64,000 bases of DNA, from contig NC_135823.1 in assembly GCF_964213995.1 (NCBI RefSeq), positions 44,640,001-44,704,000 on the forward strand, written 5' to 3'. The first letter of the stretch is position 1. Every line of letters starts with the position of its first letter. Positions 50,245-62,304 of this stretch are shown here, piece after piece. Position numbers and translations under genes: made by a program. The notes under the pieces were generated by a model. The model did no database searches. It had not been told where the DNA came from and saw nothing but the letters and a program-made list of their open reading frames with translations. The DNA is from Mustelus asterias. Taxonomy: Eukaryota.

Positions 50245-51057
50245 GTATCCTTTTCCATGATTTTTTTACTGGATAGCGTATCCTTCCTTTGGCAGCACCT
50301 TCCAAAGCCATGACCTCTGCCACCTAGAAGGACAAGGGCAGCAGCTTCAAGGGAGCACCACCACCTGGAAGCTTCCCTTCAAGCCGCACATCATTCTGAC
50401 TTGGAAATGTATCTTAGAAATCTTAGAAACCCTACAGCACAGAAAGAGGCCATTCGGCCCATCAAGTCTGCACCGACCACAATCCCACCCAGGCCCTATC
50501 CCCATATCCCTACATATTTACCCACTAATGCCTCTAACTTACGCATCCCAGGACAGTAAGGGCAATTTTAGCATGGCCAATCAACCGAACCCACACATCT
50601 TTAGACTGTGGGAGGAAACCGGAGCACCCGGAGGAAACCCACGCAGACACGAGGAGAATGTGCAAACTCCACAGACAGTAACCCAAGCCGGGAATCGAAT
50701 CCAGGTCCCTGGAGCTGTGAAGCAGCAGTGCTAACCACTGTGCTACCGTGCCGCCCAATGTATCGCCATTATTCACTGTCACTGGGTCAAACTCCTGGAG
50801 CTGCCTCTCGAGCATTACTGTGGGTGTACCTACACCAGATGGACAGCAGCATTTCAAGAAGGTGGCTCACCACCACCTTCTCGAGGGCAATTAGAGATGG
50901 GCGATAAATACTGGCCGAGCCGGCAATGCTAATAACTCATAAACGGATAAATAAAGTAAAGTATCTCTGTCGCTGGTTTGTCTACTTGTGTTTGTATAAT
51001 CTTTCCCTTCAACTATTCTATGCAGATTGCCATTGTCCTTCCTTAAATAATATGTAG
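50245..51057 (+). other. CLCN7: U12-type (minor spliceosome) GT-AG intron, CLCN7 intron 5
   Basis: 5' site GTATCCTTTT; branch point TTCCTTAA at 51039-51046, about 11 nt from the AG; no polypyrimidine tract. Confidence 0.92.
50414..50756 (-). mobile_element. Young HE1-like SINE with 8-bp TSD, nested in a LINE fragment (50290-50945)
   Basis: TSD AATGTATC at 50406-50413 and 50757-50764. Confidence 0.92.
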
Positions 51058-51167
51058 ATATCGACCAGTCTATTGGAGAAGGTGGATTATCCATTTCGCT
51101 TGTCCTTTGGGCATCACTGAATGCAGGTTTTGTGGTAGTTGGCTCTTTAATGGTGGCATTTATAGAG
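51058..51167 (+). CDS. CLCN7: CLCN7 exon 6
   Basis: (N)[36 protein letters not shown]|GTAATT, 110 nt, phase matches exon 5. Confidence 0.95.
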
Positions 51168-52079
51168 GTAATTAGATTTTCTGTTACTCTGCATATTTTT
51201 ATCAACCTAATTTTATAAACCTTGTAAATCAATGAACTGCTGGGTAAGCAAGGTTGAAAATGGATTTTAAAATGTAATTTTATGACTGAGTTTATAATTT
51301 TGCAACAATATTATTCAGTATTCGCAAACAGTATCCTGTTATCAATATTCCTTTTAGTAATTAAATGTATTTAGATTGTGCAGCTTTCATAACGGACTGA
51401 ATATCAATTGTTTTCTCTCTCTACGGATGCTGATGGACCTGCTGTGTTTTTCCAGCACTCCCTGTTTTATTTCAGAATTCCAGTAGTCACAGCATTTTGC
51501 TTCTACTAAAATGTCTTTGCTGTTGCCTTATGAAAGACATTTTTTCAACCTGTGTAATATAACACTTTTTAATGTGTTTTGGGTAATAACTGATGGTTGA
51601 GATCTTCTACCCCAATTGCTTTTTCTAATTTTCTTGCCAACTTGTCAAATTGCTTGAATATATTAGCAATTAATCCTAAAAGGTGGCTTTTTGCATCATT
51701 CAGAAAGCAATTGGATTTTCCTGTTTAAAGCTGCAGCATAATTTGAGCCTGACAGATTGATATTGTACACCATTAGTCACTGTGATCTCCTCCATTGGTT
51801 TGGTTATCATTGCATGTTTTTGAAACACGTATGACATGTAATACCCAGATACATATTATCAGGAATGAATGGCCATAAGAGTGAAGAACCACTGCTGTGT
51901 TCACTTTCATTAGACTCTGTTTTTCCTTGCAAAACCAGAGAAATTTATAGTGCACATGGACTCTTTTAGAATATTGTATATTAATGACTCTGCTGAAACA
52001 ATCCAGGACCAGCCGTGTAGCCAAGCTATCTTACCCATTACTTTAAATTACTGTTTCATTCACTTTCCCTAAAATATAC

Positions 52080-52480
52080 TGCAGTCTCTGCCTCAGTCAG
52101 TGGCCCTGGCATCAAGGGAGATGTTGAACTGTGGAGTGGGAGGTTAAACTAATGTATCCTTGGATGAGTTCAACTGCAGCATTCAAACAAAACTCAACAC
52201 CATCTAGGGCAAAGGAGTTCATTTGATTGGAACTCCTACTACCAATACACAGCTGCAGCGGTTTGTACCATCTTACAGGATGCACTGTAACAATTCATCA
52301 AAGCTCCTTGGACTGTATCTTGCAAACCCCTGACCTCTACCACCCAAAAGAATAAGGGCAGCAGACCTAGGGGAACACCACTACCTGTAAGTTCCCCTCT
52401 AAGTCATATGCCACCACTACCTTCTCAAAGGCAGTTGGAGATGGGCAATAAATGCACCCCATGAAGAAATAATAAAAAAT
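52080..52480 (+). mobile_element. Non-LTR retrotransposon fragment (same family as 7660-7970)
   Basis: GGGAACACCACTACCTGTAAGTTCCCCTCTAAG...GATGGGCAATAAATGC. Confidence 0.68.
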
Positions 52481-53674
52481 GTCCTAAAGTCGTTCAAGTA
52501 TAATTTAATATGTAGGTGAATATGGCAGCCATTTTTCAAACAAGCTAGTTATATAAAAACGACTGCCTCATTCAACTATATAATATCATGAGAGAGTGCT
52601 GCATTGCCAGAGATGCTGTTCCGCAAATGAGACATTAAACCAGTGATACCATAGGATCTTTAATGCCTGCTTAAATAGGCAGATAGGAGCTTGCCTTAAC
52701 ATTGCATTTGCGGAACGGTGTCTTTTGGCAGTGCAGCATTCCCTTAGCATTGTACTGAACTAGTTGCCTAGGTTATGTACTCGGGTTAATCCACAGATGT
52801 TTGTATTATGACTTTGGTCTGAAACATAGTCTGTAGGGCAATGTGTGGATAGAAAACGAAAATATCGCAGATGCTGCAAATCTGAACTAAAAACAGAAGA
52901 TGCTGGAAGTCATTAGGCAGCATCTGTGGAGAGGGTGAAGGATCGCCAACCTGAAATGTTAACATTGCTGTGTTCTCCACAGATGTTGTCTGACCTGCTA
53001 AATATTTTCTCTGTTTCTATGCAACATAGGCTGAATTGGGCAGTACAGTATGTGTATACTATATTTATTATAAAATGTATGGAAATTAGATTGGAAGCAA
53101 ACCATGACCTCATGGAATCTGTTATTGGTTGTTCCATATTTAGGGTAATTGATTCTGATCCCATTTCTCTTCTGATCAAATGTGTCGAGTTTCCTTTTTA
53201 AATGGTAGTTCATGCTTCATTTGCAGTGAAGCATTTCATGTCCAATAATGCATTGTTCTAAAGTTTCACTAGCATTGATCCACAGTTTGTCCTCTACTAA
53301 TTTGTGAATTAGTACAAACCTTTCATGATACTCAGTCTCAAAACCTTTCTCATTTTGTAAAACTCTTTTAGATTTCTCAGCGTTATCACTGATTTTGGTG
53401 AATTCTTTTTCCTCCTTTTCCGCAGCATTGCAATTCTTTGTTGGAGCAGACTTCCTGGAGCTGCCTGCAGTATTCCAATTATGAACTAATGAATGTTTTG
53501 TACAAAATCAGCATTTTCTTACTTTTCTATTCAATACATAAAACCCAGAATCACTTTTTCCTCTTTTGCAAATTTTTCTATCGATGTTCCCGTTATTGAA
53601 AGATCGGTATTTCTGCTCCCATGGATTTCTCTGTGCCTCCACCCTGATCAGAATTTTACCATTTAGGGTGTAGA

Positions 53675-54030
53675 CTATAAGACATGGGAGTAGAAGGAGG
53701 CAATTTGGTCCACTGTAATGATGCTATGCCATGTAATGAGTTTATGACTGATTTGATATGATAATGCTCAACTCCACTTTCCCACTTTTTTCCCCATAAC
53801 CCTTGATTCCCTTACTGATTTAAAACCTGTCTATCTCAGCCATGAACATATTTAACGACCCAGCCTCTACAGTCCTCTGAGGTAAAAACAAAATTCCACA
53901 GATTCACTGCCCTCTGGGAGAAGAAATTCCACATCTCTGCCTTAAATGGGCAACCCCCTTACTCTGAGATTATGCCCTCTGTGTCCTAGACTCTCACAAG
54001 AGGAAACAACTTCTCCGTATACTTCCCATC
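53675..54030 (-). mobile_element. CR1 3' fragment
   Basis: CCCCATAACCCTTGATTCCCTTACTGAT...TTCCACAGATTCAC. Confidence 0.8.
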
Positions 54031-54324
54031 AACATTCCAATGCCAAAGATATGTGATTTTTGCATTTAACTGCATCTTCACACTTCACTAACCTGGCTTT
54101 ATCCTCATGCTATCGCTTGCATTTTTTTGACAATGCTATGTCTCATAATAAATATCATAACTAATTCCTATTTATCTCAGCGATTGGTTTGCTTGGGGGT
54201 GTTGAGTTTGTTCTATGCAGCAAAAATGGTTTGCGATTAAACAAAAAACTTTTACAATCTGACCACCTCGAAGGGCAGTGCTGGATTATCTTTGTGACTT
54301 TTTTTATTGGATGTTTTGCTTTAG

Positions 54325-54423
<99 letters not shown>

Positions 54424-54821
54424 TGAATGAACTGAGTGGATCTTGTTCTTAAACTCCAGTTTGGTGCCTGATAATTTGTATTTTGGACAGCACTTGGACG
54501 TGGAACCATAGTTTGTGCTCCACAGTACAAATTGATTCTTATTAAAAACTGAGTTATAAAAAGTTAACTTGTGGTAGTTGCATTTTTAGGTTGTGAAACG
54601 TGCTCCACAGAGTCTTTCATGATGGCAGGATGGCTCAAAGTGCTTCCCAACTGATGGAGCACTTTTTGAAGGGTAACCACTGATGTAATACAGGAAACAC
54701 AACAACCAATATGCACACAAAACACTCCCACAAGCAGAAGTGGGTAAAAAAAAAATCAGGTGGTTGAAGTGCTTGCCATGGGTCAGTTGGTAACACTCTT
54801 GCATCCGAGTCACAAAGTTGT

Positions 54822-55488
54822 AAGGACAGAGTGGTGAAGAAGGCATTCAGCATGCTTGGTTTCATCGGCCAGAACATTGAATACAGGAATTGGGACATTT
54901 TGTTGAAGTTGTACAAGACATTGATAAGGCCACACTTGGAATACTGTGTGCAGTTCTGGTCACCCTATTATAGAAAGGATATTATTAAACTAGAAAGAGT
55001 GCAGAAAAGATTCACTAGGATGCTACCGGGACTTGATGGTTTGGGTTATAAGGAGAGGCTGGATAGACTGGGACTTTTTTCTCTGGAGCTTGGGAGGCTG
55101 AGGGGTGATCTTATTGAGGTCTATAAAATAATGAGGGGCACAGATCAGCTAGATAGTCAATATCTTTTCCCAGAAGTAGGGGAGTCTAAAACTAGAGGGC
55201 ATAGGTTTAAGGTGAGAGGGGAGAGATACAAAAGTGTCCAGAGGGGCAATTGTTTCACACAGAGGGTGGTGAGTGTCTGGAACAAGCTGCCAGGGGTAGT
55301 AGTCGAGGCGGGTACAATGCTGTCTTTTAAAAAGCATTTAGAAAGTTATATGGATAAGATGGGTATAGAGGGATATGGGCCAAATGCAGGCAATTGGGAT
55401 TAGCTTAGGGGTTTAAAAAAAAAAGGGCAGCATGGACAAGTTGGGCCGAAGCGCTGTTTCCATGCTGTAAACCTCTCTGAGTCTATGA
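54822..55488 (+). mobile_element. Young CR1 3' fragment (second subfamily)
   Basis: 190-aa ORF RPHLEYCVQFWSPYYRKDIIKLERVQKRFTR; tail GAGTCTATGA. Confidence 0.93.
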
Positions 55489-55566
55489 CAAGTCCAGGAC
55501 TTTGAGCACAAAAATCAAGGCTGGTACTCCAATGCAGTACTGAAATGTCGTCTATCAGATAAGAAG

Positions 55567-55916
55567 AAATCATAGAAATCATAGAAACCCTACAGTGTAG
55601 AAAGAGGCGATTCGGCCCATTGAGTCTACACCGACCACAATCCCACCCAGGCCCTACCCCCATATCCCTACATATTTACCTGCTAATCCCTCTAACCTAC
55701 CCATCTCAAGACACTAAGGGGCAATTTTAGCACGGCCAATCAACCTAACCCGCACATCTTTGGACTGTGGGAGGAAACCGGAGCACCCAGAGGAAACCCA
55801 CGCAGACACGAGGAGAATGTGCAAACTCCACACAGACAGTGACCCAAGCCGGGAATCGAATCCAGGTCCCTGGAGCTGTGAAGCAGCAGTGCTAACCACT
55901 GTGCTACCGTGCCGCC
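55567..55916 (-). mobile_element. Young HE1-like SINE inserted in a DeuSINE remnant (55490-56090)
   Basis: Full head and tail; flanks join into a sequence resembling 33830-34080. Confidence 0.9.
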
Positions 55917-56590
55917 TTAAACCGCTTTAAAGAAGTTAAAATTGAGGCGCTCTCTCCTAATGGGGATATAAAAGATTCCATTTCGCTTTTTTGAAGAAAA
56001 GCTGTTCTAGGTGTCTTGGGCAACATTTATCCCTCAATCAACATCACAGAAACAGACTGGTCATTATCATATTGCTATTTGTGACAGTCATAAAATTTAA
56101 AACCAAGATATTCAAGGGATGTAATCAGGAAGCCTCTTTTCACAAATTATTGTGAAAACCGAGAATTATTTTCCCCAAAGGGCTGTGGCTGTTGGGTCAA
56201 TTGAAATTATCAAGAGTGCAGTTAACATTTTTATTGGGTAAGGATATCGAGTAATGGGGATGAATGGTGGGAAACAGGGCTGAGACATAGTTTGAATAGC
56301 AGAACAAGCTCCCTTATCCATGTAAAATATGCCTGATGCACACTGTGGTGTCACTCAAGAAAATGTTTTCTATTTTTGACTACTTAAAGGAGAAGGAAAA
56401 TCAAGAAAAATGATACTGACGTTGAGTGAATGTAGAAATTCTGTGTTAGTGTTATAATGTTGGGTATTATTGATTTCAAGAAGCTCCATTTTCATGATCT
56501 TACAAATCTTTACTGATGGCTGAGATACATTATTAATCTCCTTGTGGAACGGCGACAACTCCGATTCAATCCTTGTTTTTTTTACCAGGA

Positions 56591-56798
56591 AGGTGAGGGC
56601 AGGAATGGAGTGAGGTGGAGGATGAATGTGTGGCTGAAGGACTGGTGCAGGGGGCAGGGATTCAGGTTCCTGGACCATTGGGACCTCTTTAGGGGCAGGG
56701 GTGATCTGTATACAAAAAACGGGTGGAACTTGAATCACACGGGGACCAATATCCTGGCCGGTAGGTTGGCTAAGGCTACTGGGGAGAATTTAAACTAG
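56591..56798 (+). pseudogene. CR1 ORF1 C-terminal fragment (SGNH/GDSL esterase-like)
   Basis: MNVWLKDWCRGQGFRFLDHWDLFRGRGDLYTKNGWNLNHTGTNILAGRL matches the vertebrate CR1 ORF1 esterase end. Confidence 0.85.
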
Positions 56799-56803
56799 AT
56801 AGG

Positions 56804-59800
56804 TTGGGGGGAGGGGAGCTAGAAGAGTTGACTAGGATCAAGGAACTAATTGATGGGGGGGAGGATGCAGGGGTAAGGGGAATTACAAAATTAATGGTAG
56901 AGGAGAGGGTGCAAATGAATGAAGGCGGTAATTTAGATAAGGGAGTAGAGGGAGACGGTGTTCGCGACTCATCAAAGCGGGTTCAGATAAAAGCTGGAAT
57001 AAGGACACTTTGCCTGAATGCACGAAGCATTCGGAACAAGGTGAATGAGTTGATGGTGCAAATCAGCACAAGTGGGTACGATCTAGTGGCCATTACAGAA
57101 ACGTGGCTGAAAGGTGACCAGGACTGGGAGATGAATATCCAGGGGTATCAGGCGTTTAGGAAGAATAGACAGGAAGGAAAAGGTGGTGGGGTCGCGCTAT
57201 TAATAAGAGATAATATCAGGGTAGTACTGAGGGATGACATAGGCTCTGAGGAACAAAACGTGGAATCATTATGGGTAGAGATGAGGAATAGTAGAGGGAG
57301 AAAGACACTAGTAGGTGTGGTATATAGGCCCCCAAATAATAATGTTGAGGTAGGGAGGGCTGTAAACAAGCAGATAAGGGATGCGTGTAAAAACGGAACG
57401 GCAATAATCATGGGGGACTTCAACATGCACATTGACTGGCAGACTCAAGTCGGTAAGGGTGGAATGGAGGAAGAGTTCTTAGAATGCTGTCGGGATAGTT
57501 TCCTTGAACAGCATGTTACGGAACCGACGAGGGAACGAGCTATTTTGGATCTGGTATTGTGTAACGAGGTAGGTAGAATTAAGGATCTTATTGTGAAGGA
57601 CCCTCTTGGGTCTAGTGACCACAATATGGTCGAATTTCTGATTCAGATGGAAGAGGAGAAAGTTTGGTCTCAAACCAGTGTCCTCTGTTTGAACAGAGGG
57701 AAATATGATAGGATGAGGGATGAATTGGCTAAGGTAGACTGGGAGAGCAGGCTGGCAGGTAGGATAGCTGAGGAACAGTGGAGGATTTTTAAGGAGATCC
57801 TTTTCAGTTCTCAGCAAAAGTATATTCCAGCAAAAAACAAGGATTGTAAGAAAAGGGAGAACCAGCCGTGGATAACGAAGGAAATAAAGGAGAGTATTAA
57901 AATAAAAACAGCTGCGTACAGAGTGGCCAAAAATAGTGGAGAAACAAGTGATTGGGAAAAATTTAAGAAACAACAAAGAGAGACTAAGAAAGCGATAAAG
58001 AAAGGAAGGATAGACTATGAAGCTAGGCTAGCAATTAATATAAAAAATGATAGTAAAAGTTTTTATAAATATATAAAAAGGAATAGAGTGGCTAGAGTGA
58101 ATGTTGGACCCTTGGAGGACGAGAGGGGGGAGTTAATAGTGGGAAATGAGGATATGGCTGAGTCTTTAAATACGTTTTTTGTGTCGGTCTTCACGGTGGA
58201 GGACACAAATAGTTTGCCAAATATTAACGATAGAGGGTTGGCAGCAGGAGAAATACTTAATACGATTAATGTTACCAGAGAGGCAGTGCTGGGTAGACTA
58301 ATGGGACTGAAGGTGGACAAGTCCCCGGGTCCGGATGGAATGCATCCCAGGGTATTGAAAGAAATGTCAGAGGTAATAGTGGATGCGTTAGTGATTATTT
58401 ATCAAAACTCGTTGCATTCTGGGGTAGTGCCGGTTGATTGGAAAACGGCTAATGTTACGCCGCTGTTTAAAAAAGGAAGGAGACAAAAGGTGGGTAACTA
58501 TAGGCCGGTCAGCTTAACGTCTGTAGTAGGGAAAATGCTGGAATCCATTATTAAAGAGGAGATAGCAGGGCATCTGGATAGAAATGGTTCGATCAATCAG
58601 ACGCAGCATGGATTCATGAGGGGAAAGTCGTGCTTGACGAACATGTTGGATTTTTATGAAGATGTGACGAGGGCGGTTGATGGAGGAGAACCGGTGGATG
58701 CGGTGTTTTTGGATTTCCAAAAGGCGTTTGATAAGGTGCCCCATAAAAGGCTGCTGAAGAAGATTAGGGCACACGGAGTTGGGGGTAGTGTGTTAAAGTG
58801 GATTGGGGACTGGCTATCCGACAGGAAGCAAAGAGTCGGAATAAATGGGTGTTTTTCCGGTTGGAGGAAGGTAACTAGTGGCGTGCCGCAGGGATCGGTA
58901 CTCGGGCCGCAACTGTTTACCATTTATATAGATGATCTGGAGGAGGGGACGGAGTGTAGGGTAACGAAGTTTGCAGACGACACAAAGATAAGTGGAAAAG
59001 TGAATCGTGTGGAGGACGGAGAAGATCTGCAGAGAGATTTGGACAGGCTGAGTGAGTGGGCGAGGATATGGCAAATGGAGTATAACGTTGATAAATGCGA
59101 GGTTATACACTTTGGAGGAAATAATAACAAATGGGATTACTATCTCAATGGAAACAAATTAAAACATGCTACCGTGCAAAGGGACCTGGGGGTCCTTGTG
59201 CATGAGACGCAAAAGCCCAGTCTGCAGGTACAACAGGTGATCAAGAAGGCAAATGGGATGTTGGCCTATATTGCGAGGGGGATAGAATATAAAAGCAGGG
59301 ATGTCTTGATGCACCTGTACAGGGCATTGGTGAGGCCGCAGCTGGAATACTGTGTGCAGTATTGGTCCCCTTATATGAGGAAGGATATATTGGCATTGGA
59401 GGGAGTGCAGAGAAGGTTCACCAGGTTGATACCGGAGATGAGGGGTTTGGATTATGAGGAGAGGCTGAGGAGATTGGGTTTGTACTTGTTGGAGTTTAGA
59501 AGGATGAGGGGGGATCTTATGGAGACTTATAAGATAATGCGGGGGCTGGATAGGGTGGAGGCGGAGAGATTCTTTCCACTTAGTAAGGAAGTTAAAACTA
59601 GAGGACACAGCCTCAAAATAAAGGGGGGTCGGTTTAAGACAGAGTTGAGGAGGAACTTCTTCTCCCAGAGGGTGGTGAATCTCTGGAATTCTCTGCCCAC
59701 TGAGGTGGTGGAGGCTACCTCGCTGAATATGTTTAAAGCGCGGATGGATGGATTCCTGAGCGGTAAGGGAATTAAGGGTTATGGGGATCAGGCGGGTAAG

Positions 59801-59809
59801 TGGTACTGA
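56804..59809 (+). CDS. CR1 ORF2: APE endonuclease plus reverse transcriptase (true start uncertain; first ATG ~56894)
   Basis: EN motifs LNARSI, ITETWL, GDFN, SDH; RT motifs KSPGPDG, YRPVSL, QHGF, LDFQKAFD, GVPQGSVLGP, FADD; no stop codons. Confidence 0.96.
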   Translation: MGGGELEELTRIKELIDGGEDAGVRGITKLMVEERVQMNEGGNLDKGVEGDGVRDSSKRVQIKAGIRTLCLNARSIRNKVNELMVQISTSGYDLVAITETWLKGDQDWEMNIQGYQAFRKNRQEGKGGGVALLIRDNIRVVLRDDIGSEEQNVESLWVEMRNSRGRKTLVGVVYRPPNNNVEVGRAVNKQIRDACKNGTAIIMGDFNMHIDWQTQVGKGGMEEEFLECCRDSFLEQHVTEPTRERAILDLVLCNEVGRIKDLIVKDPLGSSDHNMVEFLIQMEEEKVWSQTSVLCLNRGKYDRMRDELAKVDWESRLAGRIAEEQWRIFKEILFSSQQKYIPAKNKDCKKRENQPWITKEIKESIKIKTAAYRVAKNSGETSDWEKFKKQQRETKKAIKKGRIDYEARLAINIKNDSKSFYKYIKRNRVARVNVGPLEDERGELIVGNEDMAESLNTFFVSVFTVEDTNSLPNINDRGLAAGEILNTINVTREAVLGRLMGLKVDKSPGPDGMHPRVLKEMSEVIVDALVIIYQNSLHSGVVPVDWKTANVTPLFKKGRRQKVGNYRPVSLTSVVGKMLESIIKEEIAGHLDRNGSINQTQHGFMRGKSCLTNMLDFYEDVTRAVDGGEPVDAVFLDFQKAFDKVPHKRLLKKIRAHGVGGSVLKWIGDWLSDRKQRVGINGCFSGWRKVTSGVPQGSVLGPQLFTIYIDDLEEGTECRVTKFADDTKISGKVNRVEDGEDLQRDLDRLSEWARIWQMEYNVDKCEVIHFGGNNNKWDYYLNGNKLKHATVQRDLGVLVHETQKPSLQVQQVIKKANGMLAYIARGIEYKSRDVLMHLYRALVRPQLEYCVQYWSPYMRKDILALEGVQRRFTRLIPEMRGLDYEERLRRLGLYLLEFRRMRGDLMETYKIMRGLDRVEAERFFPLSKEVKTRGHSLKIKGGRFKTELRRNFFSQRVVNLWNSLPTEVVEATSLNMFKARMDGFLSGKGIKGYGDQAGKWY

Positions 59810-60789
59810 TCCACGTCAGATCAGCCATGATCTTATTGAATGGCGGGGCAGGCTCGAGGGGCTAGATGGCCTACTCCTGCTCCTATTTCTTATGTTCTTA
59901 TGTTCTTATTAGGTGATTGCTAAAATTGGCCAGGATGTTAATTCCAATAACACCGCATGGTGAAAGAATTAGAATAAAGCTAGTCTTTTACCTCAGGCAG
60001 GTTTATTCACAAGACAGCTCATGGTTCCAGTTGTGCCTATTTGTAGCTGAGCCAATACTTTAATACTTACACCCATCTTTAACAATGCAATTGGCATAAT
60101 AATGTCATTGCCATACAATGCAATTGCTGATACATTGACAGAGGAATCCTCATTTAGGGGGTGGAAAAACAACTAGGGTTCCTAGTGACCTCCTATATTG
60201 TAAGTAGTTCACAGTAATCAATGCCAGGCAATGTTTGGGCCTGTTTATGTGGTTATCAATATTCACTGTCTAGCTTAGAAGTGAACAATCACCGTTTAGT
60301 TTAGAATTGAGAAACGATTATTCTTTCTGGAACCATACCCCTTACAGGTAGAGAGGAAATAGAAATAGGAAAGGAAATTAATTGAATGCTTACTGAAGTA
60401 AAGTTTATCTCCATTTGTATTTTACTATGACTATGGTTGCTCACTAGTTATTGCATGTTGCTTTTGACTCGGTGAGGGGAAGCAAAATAAGTGCAATCTA
60501 GCCTTTGGTCTTCCTTTCATCTTGCTACTTCTGCAATGGTCTTTAATATTCCTTATCCCCATTAAAATGCTTGCCATCTCCCACTATTATTTTCTTTGGT
60601 ATGGTCCCCATTTTTAGTCCTGTAAGTCCATGCTTCTTCTTTATTGACTCTTAGTACAACTCGGGTGATAATGAGAGACAGTTTGCTTCAGGATTTAAGT
60701 AGGGCCTTTTTTTTGAAAAGTTTAAGATAAGGGAATGATGAACTGTGTATGGCTTGTTTCGCTTACTTAATAAATGTTCTTGAGACATT

Positions 60790-61395
60790 GAGGGTGTGAT
60801 CTTACGAAAGGAATTCGAAGTGCCGAACGAGCGAGGAAATGGGAGAATGGCGCTGGTGTTTTTGGCGAGCCGTGAGTTGCAATCTTACTGTTCCGTTGCA
60901 ATTCTCACCAGTAGGGGGCGGAGCATAAGCTCACCGGTGAAGCTGGCTGCAGAGTGCTTGGGACACCATTGCACAGGCACCCGGATCTCCCAGTGAACTG
61001 GGAGACCTCCTGCACTGTGCCAGTCCCTCCCAACCCTGCTGATTGCTCTCTGTGCCAGTTCCCCCACTAATCATTCCCTCCCACGAATCCCCACCTCCTT
61101 GGCACTCTTGGTACAGTAATGGTGCCTGGTGGGCACTGCCAGGGTGTGAAACTCGACTCGCAAGTTGATATTTGTAAGTGATCCCTAACGATCACATCCA
61201 GAACTCACCAGTGACATGTCAAACAAGTCATTAATATTTAAATTGGCTTCAAGCTGATTTCGCTGGCAAAACAGGGCCTGTAAGATTGTGTGAGCTGAGA
61301 AAATGGGTGTGAACCAGATTTTCCGCCACTCAAGCAATCTTACCACTTCGCCTTGCCGAATAACGGGTGGGATGAGGTTGTAATTTTGCGCCCTA
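60790..61395. mobile_element. MITE-like element with imperfect terminal inverted repeats
   Basis: AGGGTGTGATCTTAC ... GTAATTTTGCGCCCT ends; GC/CpG-richer than its flanks. Confidence 0.5.
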
Positions 61396-61519
61396 GAGTC
61401 CTGTCATAATATTCAAGCACCCGGGATAATTACAAAAATATGCACCCTTCTTTACAATGGATGTAAACAAGTGAGTTTTCAATAAAGGGAGTTCTGAATA
61501 AAATTTTTGCCCAGTTATT

Positions 61520-62160
61520 AATCCGTTTTAAAGATGCATGTGGGATCCTCAGCTTTATAATCGCAAGGAAAGAGTACAAAGGTAAGGCTGTGATGGTCAG
61601 CCTTTCCAAATCGATGAATAGACCTTAAAAGGGAGAAAGAAATAGACTAGTATTTACAGGGAAAGTAAGCTCAACTTCTGGTGGGAAAGTATTGAAAGAA
61701 TAAATCTTCCTTTTGGGAAGACACTGATCAACCAAAGGCAGCACGGATTCATTGAGAAAAGGTTTGACTAACATGATGCAATCTTTTGGGGAGTTAACAA
61801 GTAGGGTTGGCGTTTCATTTGACATAGTATATGTGGATTTTAGCGTGGCTTTTGAGGAGATCCCATATGACAGACTGGTCCCAAAAGTTAAAGCCCATAG
61901 GATCCAAGGCAAAGTGGCAAGTTGGATCCAAAATTAGTTCAGAGACAGAAAAAAAAGGCTAATGGTAATTTTTGTGACTGGAGGGCTGTTTCCAGTGGGA
62001 TTCTCCCACTGTCAGTACTAGGTTGCTTGCTTTAAGTGGTTTGTATCAATACTTTGGATTTGAATGTAAGGATGTGTGATCAAGAAATTTGTAGATGACA
62101 CAAAAAATGACCATGTGGTTGATAATGAAGGAATCTATAGACTGCAGAAAGGTATCAGTG
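61520..62160 (+). mobile_element. Old CR1 RT fragment
   Basis: DIVYVDFSVAFEEIPYDRLVPKVKAHRIQGKVASWIQN. Confidence 0.8.
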
Positions 62161-62241
62161 AACATTTGGGGGGGTTGAATGGTGGGGGTTTCCTCTCCTC
62201 TCTCTCTGCTCTTTAAATTTATGGTTGTGCTTATCTTGCAG

Positions 62242-62304
62242 ACCCTGCTGGTGAAGGTGCTTGGTGTGATTTCTTCTGTCGTTGGTGGACTGGCAGTTGG
62301 GAAG
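62242..62304 (+). CDS. CLCN7: CLCN7 exon 8 (gene continues beyond the window)
   Basis: TTGCAG|TLLVKVLGVISSVVGGLAVGK|GTAATG, immediately before the GKEGP gating glutamate. Confidence 0.95.

Larger units (their letters stand above)
56591..59910 (+). mobile_element. 5'-truncated young CR1 (HER1-like) LINE in CLCN7 intron 7
   Basis: ORF1 C-terminus, intact ORF2, 3' UTR hairpin and (TTCTTATG)n tail; AGGTGA at both junctions (56591 and 59911). Confidence 0.96.

Noticed and set aside
57148-59608. Several minus-strand ORFs within the CR1
   Set aside because: Antisense shadows of ORF2 with no recognisable domains
59940-60680. Possible degenerate endogenous retrovirus fragment
   Set aside because: Only a compositional impression; no translatable motif could be established
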